Shown: positions 51,735-62,300 of the stretch, in pieces
How positions within the stretch are numbered: position 1 is the first letter of the stretch
Layout: each line of letters begins with the position of its first letter
Source of the DNA: Thermoanaerobaculia bacterium
GTDB taxonomy: Bacteria; Acidobacteriota; Thermoanaerobaculia; Multivoradales; J023
DNA: 64,000 nt
Reading direction: 5' to 3'
NCBI GenBank assembly: GCA_030431255.1
Contig: JAUIJL010000030.1
Location: forward strand, 23,572 to 87,571
Program-made: the position numbers and the translations under genes
Notes under the pieces: model-generated
Seen by the model: the letters and a program-made list of their open reading frames with translations, nothing else
What the model was told of the DNA's origin: nothing
Databases searched by the model: none

Positions 51735-53198
51735 TTATGCTGTTGAGCCTCGGTCCGAAGGCTCGGCGCCGGGCACGCGGATGGCCTGAACCTCAATGCC
51801 CGGCGAGCCCAAACGAATCCGATCCCCGGATTTGACGATCGTTTGCCCTTCTACGCGCCGATCCTCGATCCAGGTGCCGTAGGTGCTGCGGTCCTCGAGC
51901 ACCATCTGCCCGTCCCTGAGCTCCAGAAATAGATGACGTCTCGAGATACCCGCGGTCGAGCCGCTGAGCACCAAACCCCGGCCCCCCGGAGCAGGCTGAG
52001 TACCGAGGGCGAAAGGGCCGTCACCGATGGGATAGGCCATGCCTCGGTGCAAGATGTGGGTCGGTGGCGGATCCGCAAGACCCTCGCCGGTGCCGCCGCC
52101 CGCTTTGAATGAGCCGGTCTGGGACTCACGCACATGCACGATCGGACCCGACTTCTCCGCTTCCGTGGGTAGTCGAACCACATAGGGCAGGGTCTCGTCG
52201 TTGGCCAGCTCGCCCACGGATGTTTCCACCGCCGAGCGCCCCAATAAAGCACCTCGCACCGGTGCCGCGCTATCCAGCTCCAACACCTCGATGTTGAGCT
52301 CGCGCTTCATCCGATCCGCCAACCCGGGCAACCTGGCCACATGGCTCGACAACAACAGCGTCGGCGGCTCGCCACTTTTGAGAATCCGCCCCACCAGGGC
52401 GACCAAGGCGTCGTATTGCACCTGGGCCGCGGCGATCAAGTGATCTCGTTGGAGCTCCACGGACATTTCGCCACTGGGACCCTCGAGACGCGGGATGGTG
52501 ACCCCGGAGTGCTTCAGCTGGTCGAGCCAACGCACCATCTGATGGTAGAGGATTTGCTCGAGCTCCACATCGTAGAGAGGGTCGAAGCGGGTTGTTTTGA
52601 TGAAGACGTCGGCGATATACCGAGCCCAAAGATCCTGTAGCGGGACCCAACCCACGGCGTCTTCGACCTCGATCCGACCTCGGGCCAGCTCACGCCGACG
52701 CTCGATCTCCGTCAGCACCGCGCGGTGCTGGTGCAGGTCCAGGTGCAACAATCGGCCGCGGGGCAGCTCGAAGGCTGCGGGCAACGCAGCTGAAAGAGCC
52801 GTGTCGACCAAGCCTCGGACGGGAATCTTCAAAGACCGAGCAATGCCCAACAGCAGCCCCAGCTGTTTGCCGGAAAACGCGCCGCTGGCCACCACCAGCA
52901 CCGACTCCACCCCTTCTTGTGCTTCTTTCCAAACCGCCTCGAGGTGTGCGTGCACCAGCTCAGCGACGGTCCATGTCGAGGGGAACGGCTCACCCAGCGG
53001 CGCTAGGCTCAACTCTTGCCAGAACCGACGCTGGACTTCTTTGGGCCTCAGCCGAGAGCGTCCCTCGGCGCTGGCTCCGACCACCAGTCGCTGGCCGTCC
53101 CAAAGGGCGACCCCCGGACTCTCGATCCTCAGGTCAGGACCGTCGTCCGACAGGGCGGTCAAGCCGACATCGTGAATTTCGAGGGCCAATCTGGACAT
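51735..53198 (-). CDS. Degenerate Hsp70/actin-like fold protein with a C-terminal FHA domain
   Basis: N-terminal 'ESPGVAL...LVVG..A.....P' and 'LGLLLGIA....IPVRGLVD.A..A' resemble Hsp70 subdomain motifs; FHA 'GISRRHL...LEDRSTYGTW...GDRIRLG'. Confidence 0.6.
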   Translation of the reverse strand: MSRLALEIHDVGLTALSDDGPDLRIESPGVALWDGQRLVVGASAEGRSRLRPKEVQRRFWQELSLAPLGEPFPSTWTVAELVHAHLEAVWKEAQEGVESVLVVASGAFSGKQLGLLLGIARSLKIPVRGLVDTALSAALPAAFELPRGRLLHLDLHQHRAVLTEIERRRELARGRIEVEDAVGWVPLQDLWARYIADVFIKTTRFDPLYDVELEQILYHQMVRWLDQLKHSGVTIPRLEGPSGEMSVELQRDHLIAAAQVQYDALVALVGRILKSGEPPTLLLSSHVARLPGLADRMKRELNIEVLELDSAAPVRGALLGRSAVETSVGELANDETLPYVVRLPTEAEKSGPIVHVRESQTGSFKAGGGTGEGLADPPPTHILHRGMAYPIGDGPFALGTQPAPGGRGLVLSGSTAGISRRHLFLELRDGQMVLEDRSTYGTWIEDRRVEGQTIVKSGDRIRLGSPGIEVQAIRVPGAEPSDRGSTA

Positions 53199-53467
53199 TT
53201 CAAGACACCCACCTGTGTTGATTCCTGCGTTGATTTAGGCCTTGATAGGGATCCGTTTCACTCAACGAATAAGGATTGGTCCGGTCGTCAAGATAAAGGG
53301 GTTCAGGTAAAACATCAGCCCAATACTGATCAATTGAGCGCCGAAAGTCGAGCGCAAACCCGAATCCTTGTGGTGAGAGGCCATGGCCGCGGGACGACCG
53401 TGCCCCTGATCCCTCTTTCGAACCCCCAACGCCTCATCCCCGATCATCGTGAGACGCCGGAGCCGTC

Positions 53468-54751
53468 TCAGCCGCCGGCCTCCGCCAACTCCACCCCGAA
53501 GCTCGACCGCGCCACCTCAGGAATGGGTCGGGGTCGACCGAGGAATTGATCGTGAAATGCCTTGAGCGGGGCCTCGGGATGCTCGCCGCGCCAGATCGCC
53601 CGCAGCTGCAGAATCTGCTCCAAACCCACGAAGTAGCTCGCTTTCATGACCGGATCTTTGAGATGGCGTTGGACCTCCGAGCGAGCGGCCGTGGGCGTCA
53701 TCAACGCCTTCTCCCGATACCAACGCTCGGCCTCGCCCCGATCGATCTCACCGCTGTGCAAAAGCGGATCGATCCACGCTCGCAACGCCCGCAAATACAA
53801 CATGCGCAGGGCACCGAACCGGCGTTCCGTTGCATCACGTTGCTTCTCGGACTGCTGCCCGAGAGCCTCCCCGGACTGCTCGTTGAGATCGTAGTAGCCT
53901 TGCTCCAGCATCAGCTGCTCAGCGTACAGCCCCCAGCCTTCATGGTAGATCCCCTCCCGCCGATGGATGACCCGCCGGGCGGACGGATCGTCAAGTATTG
54001 CTGCCAAACGCTCAAAGGCGACGTGATGCCCCGGATAGATCTCATGCACCGCGAGAGGTGGAATGCAGATCCGGCAATGGTTGCGCAAATAGGATTCGTC
54101 GGCGGCGTGCTCGGTGCTGCCGGCGGGCTCCGCGGACGGATCGCCGATGGAGCTTTGATCGGATTTCGGTGAGCCCAGGGTCACTGCCAGGCGTCCATCC
54201 AAATACATCGCCAGGGAGAAATACTGCTGAAAGGCGGGGTTGTGGATCTCCACCACGGTCACGCCCCGTTCCGGAAGGGTCACCAAGTCGAGATCCAGCA
54301 CCGCCGACCGAGCCCGCTCGATTTCTCGGCGGTAGGTTTCGAGCACCTCCTCGCGGCTGGGCGGATGAACCCGGCTCAGCGATTCAAAGGCTTGCCGCCA
54401 GCTGGTTTCCCCGAGCTGCTCAGCCAGTGTCTCCAGCTCCTGATCCAGCTCGAGACATCGCGCTTCCGCACGGCGAGCCAGCTCCATGCTCGACATTACA
54501 ATCCCGGCCTTTCGGCTCAACAGCTCGTCATACCGCTCCCGGCCGATCGGGGAACCCTCACCAGCGGGCAATCCACGAGCCGCCGGCCCCTCAGGAATCG
54601 CCGGGCTTTCCGAAGCCTGCTCCGCGATCCACACTTGGAGCCCCGTCAAGACGGCAAACAGCAGCAGGCCCAACACTGCCCACTTCGCCCATCGACGCTG
54701 CGTTCCCGTGGGTCTCTTCTCGCGATCCGGGTCGGATTGGGCTTTGCTCAT
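53468..54751 (-). CDS. DUF885-family protein (metallopeptidase-like), membrane-anchored
   Basis: HEIYPGHH, EGWGLYAE, SYFVG...I..LR and LKAFHD. Confidence 0.8.
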   Translation of the reverse strand: MSKAQSDPDREKRPTGTQRRWAKWAVLGLLLFAVLTGLQVWIAEQASESPAIPEGPAARGLPAGEGSPIGRERYDELLSRKAGIVMSSMELARRAEARCLELDQELETLAEQLGETSWRQAFESLSRVHPPSREEVLETYRREIERARSAVLDLDLVTLPERGVTVVEIHNPAFQQYFSLAMYLDGRLAVTLGSPKSDQSSIGDPSAEPAGSTEHAADESYLRNHCRICIPPLAVHEIYPGHHVAFERLAAILDDPSARRVIHRREGIYHEGWGLYAEQLMLEQGYYDLNEQSGEALGQQSEKQRDATERRFGALRMLYLRALRAWIDPLLHSGEIDRGEAERWYREKALMTPTAARSEVQRHLKDPVMKASYFVGLEQILQLRAIWRGEHPEAPLKAFHDQFLGRPRPIPEVARSSFGVELAEAGG

Positions 54752-55031
54752 GCATCGAGCCTACCAACTTTTGCCAAGCTTCACCTCGCCGGTGACGGCT
54801 TCGCGGGTCGATCCCGACCACGAGATTCGACGTCTCGACCCCACAAACGGGCCGACGGCTCCACCCGGGCTGATCGCCGTGATAAGCTAATCGCTAAATT
54901 TTGCGGCGTGGCTGCTGCACGGCTTTCCAACTCTTATGCTCATTCGACTATGAGCTTCAGCCACCCGCTCTGATGCGTTTTTAGAAACGAGTTTCTACTG
55001 CCTGTTGAGCTTATTCTTTGGGTGCCAGCCG

Positions 55032-55478
55032 ATGGAAACACGATCTGTAGACCACAAGATCCCTCAAGGTCTGAAAATCGTCTTGGTGGAAGACGACGAC
55101 GGACACGCCATTCTCATCCAACGCAGCCTGAGCCCGCTGCGGCCCCAGAACCAAATCGTCAGGGTCAGTGATGGCCAACAAGCCGTGGATTACCTCTTCG
55201 AGTCCCACGAGACGGCCGAGCCCACCGTGGTGTTCTTGGACCTCAACCTTCCGGTGCTCGACGGCTATCAGGTTCTCGAGCGGCTGAAGGCGGATCACAA
55301 GACGCGCAAGATCCCAGTGGTCATCATCTCGACCACCGACGATACCCGAGAAATGGAGCGCTGCTACGACCTGGGCGCCAACGCGTACATCTCCAAACCA
55401 CTGGAGTTCAAACACTTCACCCACACCATGCGCAGCCTGGGTGAGTTCCTCTCCGTGGTCACGGTACCGGCCGCTTAG
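55032..55478 (+). CDS. Single-domain response regulator (Rcp1/CheY-like)
   Basis: VLVEDD, FLDLNLP, IPVVIIST and GANAYISKP. Confidence 0.9.
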   Translation: METRSVDHKIPQGLKIVLVEDDDGHAILIQRSLSPLRPQNQIVRVSDGQQAVDYLFESHETAEPTVVFLDLNLPVLDGYQVLERLKADHKTRKIPVVIISTTDDTREMERCYDLGANAYISKPLEFKHFTHTMRSLGEFLSVVTVPAA

Positions 55479-55516
55479 TCGGTTTCCGTCTTGAAACATC
55501 GTCCAGGGCCTCTGCG

Positions 55517-56149
55517 ATGAGCCCTACCCACTCGCCTCGATTCGACGGCCCCAGCCTTCCCCGGCTCGCCCGAGCCTTCTTGGAGCAACATCTCGGACGC
55601 TACCCGTCTTCGGCCGGCTCGCCGTCGGCTCTCGGTCCGCCGGCGCTCGAAGCACCCTGGCTCCAAGAGCCCGGTGCCACCTTCGTCACCCTGCGCAAAG
55701 GAGGTATGCTTCGGGGCTGCATCGGTAGCCTGCAAGCCCACCGTCCGCTGGTGGACGACCTCCGATCCAATACCATCGCCGCAGCCGGCCGCGACCCCCG
55801 CTTTCCACCCGTCGAGCCGTCCGAGCTCGACGAGCTGACCCTCGAAGTCTCCGTGCTCACCGCCCCGACCCCTCTGGACCTCTCCCCGAGCCCGGAATCC
55901 CCCACCGTCGACCCTGAATCCCGAGCCCACCACCTGCTGCGCCCCGGCATCGACGGCGTCGTCCTCACCTGGCACGAACACCGCGCGACCTTCCTGCCCC
56001 AGGTGTGGGATCAGCTGCCCACCGCCGAGCGATTCCTGGGGGAATTAAAGAAAAAGGCCGACCTTCTAGAAGACTTCTGGACGGATGATCTCCAGCTGGA
56101 GATCTATCAAGTCGAGAAGTGGGTCGAAGACGAGCTTCCCGAGTCCTGA
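55517..56149 (+). CDS. amrA: AMMECR1-family protein (AmmeMemoRadiSam protein A)
   Basis: ATFVTL...G.LRGCIGS, DPRFPPV, EVSVLT, LRPGIDG and ATFLPQVW. Confidence 0.9.
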   Translation: MSPTHSPRFDGPSLPRLARAFLEQHLGRYPSSAGSPSALGPPALEAPWLQEPGATFVTLRKGGMLRGCIGSLQAHRPLVDDLRSNTIAAAGRDPRFPPVEPSELDELTLEVSVLTAPTPLDLSPSPESPTVDPESRAHHLLRPGIDGVVLTWHEHRATFLPQVWDQLPTAERFLGELKKKADLLEDFWTDDLQLEIYQVEKWVEDELPES

Positions 56150-56182
56150 CCTCGCCATCCTGTGCAACCACTCGGGGCCTGC

Positions 56183-56211
56183 TTGACCGCGGGTTGACGG
56201 ATTTCTAGAAT
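56183..56211 (+). promoter_or_regulatory. Sigma70-type promoter for the giant NTPase gene
   Basis: TTGACC (56183-88), 17 bp, TAGAAT (56206-11), in an AT-rich intergenic region. Confidence 0.6.
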
Positions 56212-56238
56212 GCCGGTCAGCCTTAGTTGATCAAATTT

Positions 56239-56264
56239 TTGTCGATAATAGATTTAATCGACAA
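56239..56264. promoter_or_regulatory. Inverted repeat, candidate operator
   Basis: TTGTCGAT-N10-ATCGACAA, downstream of the predicted promoter. Confidence 0.45.
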
Positions 56265-56352
56265 TCCGCATGTTTCTCTAGCCGAATTTATATTCGGTTT
56301 GAGCCGCTATTCCGACCTATAGCGCGTTTTTCTTTGAATTTCGGAGGGAACC

Positions 56353-59300
56353 ATGGCCAGCAAAGACCCATCGTCCAATCCCAAAACGCCGACCGATCAG
56401 GGCGCGGTTCGCGACCGCTTTTCCCATCGCACCTACGTCGCGGACTTCGGGTCCTACGAAGGCAATCGGCGAACCGAAGAGCCCGACAACGAGCTACTGG
56501 TGGGTCGTGAGGCTCAACGGGCTCGCCTGCTCAACCTGCTGTTCAACACCGCTCAACGGGGCGCCTACCTCATCACGGGTCATCGAGGGTCCGGCAAGAC
56601 GACCTTTGTCAACTATTGCTTGAACGAATATCGATTCGAAATATTTTATCGATATCTCAAGAGCAACCTCGGTCGCGCCTTCTTGTGGGATCGTTTTGGT
56701 TTGGTGATTTTCGGCGTGCTGCTCTTCCTCTTCGGCATGTTGGTGCACCAATCCCTGGCCTACCTCTTCCTCCTACCGTCCCGCGGCATCCTGCATTGGC
56801 TAGCCATCACTATCCTCACCTTGATCGCTTGCTATCCCTTTGTCGCTGCCTACGAGCGGTTGAAGCTGATTAGTGAACGATTGCTGGAGCTGGCGACGCT
56901 TAGAGCGCCCAAATTGGAAGAAGACCGAAGACATGCCAGGAAGCTGAGAAAAAGGCAGCTTGAGGCAGAATCACAAACCTACTTAGAGGATCAGGCTTTC
57001 ACAGCCTTCATGGAGGTTTCGAGAAACCTGGCCGATACTCTACCTAGGTTGTCAAAAGGCCCCACGCACTACAGATCCATCTCAATCGCCAAAGAAATGC
57101 TCGATCACTTGGCAAGTTCAAGAGCAATCGACAAGGCGGATATCTTGGTGCGAACACTGACCGAAGCAGAGATGACCGTACGGGGCTGGCTGAAGGCAGA
57201 GGTCCCTGGCCAACACCTCAGAGAGTTGCTCGTCAAAGGATTCCTAAAGGACCTGAGCCAAGCGAACAAGGAAGCGAAAACCGAAAAACAGATGCTCGAT
57301 CAACTGGAAAAGCAGGTTAACTCATTCTTGGAATACCCTAATTCGAAGAACGCAGGCGAGCTCAGCTCAACGCTGGCTAGGTTGGACGAGCCAAACCAAA
57401 TGAGCACGTTAATAAAGGCCAAAAGTCTGGCGAAGAAGAAGGCGGCTAGAGAAGTTCTTTTCCAGGACCTAAAAAGCCTTTATATCCAAGCAAAGATCTA
57501 CTTCAAAAACTTCTTCCAGGCTTCAGCGGCTGTTGGCCGCCCCAGCCCGGTGCCCTTTCTAACCTTATTCGTCATTGCTGGACTCTCTTGGACTCTTGTC
57601 CGGGCCGGCCATCCCGCAGAATTTGCAGCTGAGCTTGTATATTGCGCCGGCTGGCTGTATTTCCTGGTCGCCCTGGCCCATCCAACCTTCCCCAGGGCCC
57701 AGGAGCTACACATCCTTGGGCTACTCACCATTATCGGGTTGGATCTCCTAATCACCAACAACTACCTTGAGGCTCATTTTCCCCACACTACAGAGGGCTT
57801 CTTCGTTAGTGGGATGTTTAGTGGGTCTCTCGGTCTCTTGTTGAGCGCTCATCATAAGCACGAAGCCGTTCAGAATTGGTTTCGAAGAAGAAGGAGGCCT
57901 GACTTCCACGGGCAGGTACCTGGAAACTTCATCCGGCAGAGCTACCTAAACAAGATTTGGCCTCCTTTCAGCAACAAGGGCTCCGAGCCCCCTATGAGCC
58001 GCGCATCTCTAATGGCTCTATACTTGTTGTTTCTGTCTCTGCTTTTTTGGCTGGGAGCTTTAGTAGTCGCAATTCTCAACAGGTTTCTTACAAACAAGCT
58101 TGAGCCTTGGAAGAGCCCAGCGCTGTCGTTGACCCTTCTCATGCTGGCCCTTTTGCCCGTGCTCCTTGATCTGGCCTGTCTTTGTCTTCCCACGGCCAGG
58201 TATCTATCCGAGGAAAAACGCCGAAAAACAGAGCTGACGCAGACAGCGGAAGCAGCCATTGCTGCCGGTCGCTGGTACGCCTGGTCGGGTATCTTGCTCT
58301 TGTCCGGAACCGGAATTTTCGTCTTCTTAGCCAACCTTCTCTTTGCTCGTCAGCTTGGGTTGTTGCCACTGGCTGCCATCAAGGCCCTGATCTTGATTGT
58401 CTCTTGCCACACCATCTATCTCGTCCTCCGCTGCTTTCGTGGCCTCGGGTATCTTTTTGGCATCTCTGATGAGAAGGAAGAGGCCGATGGATCAAAGTCC
58501 ACCTGGAGAACTCAGTCCCGGTTCCGGACTCGCGCCGACGCCAAGAACTCTCGTCAGGAGCTATTGCAAGCCGCGATCAGTGGCCAGCATGCCCAACCTT
58601 TGCTTCTAATTCTCGCCAAATCCGTGTTCCTCGTTCAGGTTGGACTGATCCTCGTCTACCCGGCCCTGGCATCCCTTCAGAATCCTGGGCCTGCAAAGAT
58701 CTTTGTCGTGGCATCCAAACCTTACTCGGTCGCGGGTCCTGGCCAGCGCTCTTGCGTCGGCACATCCCTCTGCAGGACCCTACAAGATCGGTTCGGCATA
58801 GACCACCGAACGACTCAAGGATTCGAAGAGACCGCAAGTCTCTATCGCAGGGCTGAAAACTCGACCATCGACCTTTTCGCAGATCTTCGAAAATCCAAGA
58901 ATCAAAATATTGGCAAACCTCAGGGTTTCTTGGGGTCCATAGAGTGGGTGTTGGCGTTACTTTTTCTGACTTTAGCGATCGCCTACTTGGAATACGAATG
59001 GATCCTTCGGGGAGGGCAGCACGTGCGTCCTGACCGCACCCTGAGGCACCAAACCAGCGAGGTTCGACGGGCAGCCGGTGTTGCCAAAGACGAGGCTGGA
59101 GACGTGTCTCGGGCCTACCAACGCAGGCTCTTGGAGCAGACCCTCTTTTGGCGGGTACATCAGTCGTGGCTGCCCATCCTCACGGTACCGGTCAATCTCG
59201 GCTTTGATTCCCTAGACCACCGGCGGGTCGTCGAAGCCATGCTGACCGGCCTACGAGACGCCTACCACAAACTATTCTTTCAATGGTCCAGCCCAACCCG

Positions 59301-62300
59301 ACTCGTGGCGACGGGCGGCGGCCTTCTCATGCTGAGTTGGATCTCTCTCTCCCTGGGGAACCACTGGTTTCATGTCGACGAGTCCCATCAGGATCGGCTC
59401 GCAGCGGGCGACTTCTGCCGATGGATCATGCCAAATGACCCGTCCTCTGCTGAAGTCTCGGCCAAAATACCCACCTCAACAGATTCCCCCCTCTACCTGG
59501 ATTTCCACACCGTCAAAGGCACCGGCAACACCCCTACAGAGCCCAGCGAGAGACAGCCTTCTGACCCGCCAGAGATTGACTTCGCCCCTGGCATGCAAAT
59601 CGCCTGCTTAGGTGGAGAGATTACAGCTCGCATGGTTCAATGGCCGCTATTTCTACAGGTCCAGCCTTCCACAGACGGCAAGATTTCAAAGGTCGACTTC
59701 GAAAAACACTATTCAGGGACTGTTTTCGGACTATTTTTCCCAGAGGTCCTCGCGGGCGGTGAGATGACTCTCCGCCTCTATCATTTCCTGATCTTTTTAG
59801 CCTTGGTGGGCGTCAGCAGCTGGATCGGAAAACGACGACCGCCTCTACCTTACCGTCGGACTCTCAATGAAATCGAGCTGCTGCTCTCCCAGATTTCCAG
59901 CCACCAGCGCGAAGAGTTGCGCTACCACCCCGCGATAATCCCGCGCTTGGTTGGGGTCTTCACGGGTGAGGACAAGGTCAAACATTGGGAGTCCGAGCCA
60001 TTCGATCCGCGGACCATCGAAATTTCCGTGCTGCGAATTCTCCGCGACATTCAAGATCCCACAGTACATTTTCCATATCTGGCGAGGCATCGCATCAATC
60101 TTCCGACGCCCGAGATCATTTTTAAATTCGATGAGCTGGATAAGCTCGGAATTGGTGTGTTGCCGCACCATGAAACCACCGGCCCAGAGGTCGGCGAAAC
60201 CGAGCAATTCGACCTGGAAAGGCAGAGAACTCGAGCTCTTCACAGTCTTTTTGCCGACATGAAGAATCTGGTGTCGTCCGGTGCTGCTCGTTTCATTTTT
60301 GTCGGTGGACGCAATCTGCACGATGAATGGCTCGCCGATCAGACAGCTCGACGCCCGCTGTTGACCAATATATTCGAGGTGGAAATATACCTACCTTCTT
60401 TGCTCCTGGCGGAAGGACCCGTAGACAGCAATGCTAAGAATCTCACCGACGGCATTACCACTTTCGTCGAGGCTCAATATCAACATGCAATCAAGCGCAA
60501 TCGACGGGCGCTCTTACACCGATATCGTCCTTGGTTGACACCGTGGCTCGAGACTCCAGCGGAGCCCATCTTTGTTCAGGTAGCACGCAAAAGACTGAGC
60601 GACGCCCGCTTGCCCACCCTCATCGTGCGGGGAGTTCCACTCCTAGAAGGCCGCCCGCCGATAGGCTCAGATGAGAAGGACCAGCCGCGGCAGTGGGGCA
60701 ACCGAGATCTGCCACGCTGGAAGAATGCGTTGATCAATGACTTCATGGAATTCCTGGCCTACCGAAGCCGCGGTAACGTCAAACGACTGAAGGCTACCCT
60801 CGAACGCTTCGTGGAGCCTTCGTTGAAAGTCCTCGGCGATGACCTTCCCGTGGACTGCCAGCACGTCTTGGTTTTCCGCGACACCGATCGATTCCGGATC
60901 CAGCTGATCGCTGAGATCTATCGTCGAATTCTTTCCGCCTTTGACCCTCGAATCCGTTTCTACGACGACAAGCTCGTGGTCGGTCTGCTGTACATCGCCG
61001 ACTTCCTACTCAAATTCCACCGTCGAGCCTTTGCCTGGAACAGCCTCCAAAAGGTGGACGAGCTGGTCCACATCCACCGTGCGCCCGAGCTACCCAACGC
61101 CATCTCGGATCTTCTCCATGCCTGGCAACAAAAGTACTTGCATCGCATCCGCAACGGCATGTACGACTATCGCTTCAACAGCGATTTCGCTATGGAGCTG
61201 CGGTACCTCTCCCGTCGCTCCGACGAGGAGTTGGCGGCCCTCAACTTTACTCTCGACGAGTCTCAGGCACTTAAGGCCCTCTACCGCAGCCGGTTCTCCC
61301 AGCTGAAGGATCCTTCATCTTATGAGTTTGTAGCTGCGCTCGGAGAGCTACACGAATTCGACGGTGAATACGACGTCGCCCGCTACTACTACAATCGCGC
61401 GCTTTCTTATCTAGACGAGCACTTTCACATGCAGGTCGCCCGCAAGAAGGACAAACCTGCCTTCTTTTCGGTCATGCTCCAAGATCAAAAAGGATTGGAA
61501 GCTGTCCGACGCCGTATTGCCTGGGGCATTGCCCGGTTGCGGCTCAAGATGCAAATCGGCATGTCCTACGAACAATCGAACGATCTTGAGCAGGCCCAGG
61601 GGCACTATCGAAATGCCCGAACTCTGGCCTCGGCAATCATGAGGGCGCTGCTGAACGCCAAGGTCGTTTGGGACCCCGCAGGGCTCAAGGAATTAGAATT
61701 TCCGCGAGCACCCGACTACGGAGCTCCGGACTATGTCTCCACCCTCAAACATCTCAATCTGCTCTTCCAACCCGCCTTCGCGGAAGCGTGGGTCTCGGAA
61801 AAACACACCGGTGGTGTGGACACCAGCACCCGCCTGATCGAGCGTTCTATCTGGGAGTTGCGCTGGAGGCTGCCCTTCGTCCGTGAGGAATTTGATCCGA
61901 AGAATGTGCTGCGGCTTTTCCACAACTGGGTACCCGCCCATGACGTGCTGCATCTCAACTTCGCGCTGATCATGGCAGAGCAGCACAATAAAGTCGGGGA
62001 CCTGCTTTTCTTCAAGGGAGGCGTTTCCTTCGACCATCTCTCCAACCTACCGCCGACCCATCGCACAGGATCCAGCCACCGAGCACCCATCCGCCACTCC
62101 GGCTATCTGATCCGATCTCGTTACCACTACGCCCTCACCTTGCACGAGCTACGGTTCTTCAATCGAGCCCGCCAGCTGCGCTGGGCCGAAAACCACGGCG
62201 GCTCAACCCCTCCGGAGAAAAATCCGGTGTCTCCCGACGAATGGGGGGACTTCGTCTTTCGAGCTACCGGTGGCTCAATAGCTGACTTTGCCGAAACCTT

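Noticed and set aside
55517-56149. AMMECR1 gene or the response regulator as partners of the giant NTPase
   Set aside because: They have host-like GC and are separated from it by an AT-rich spacer with its own promoter; nothing in the sequence links them functionally.
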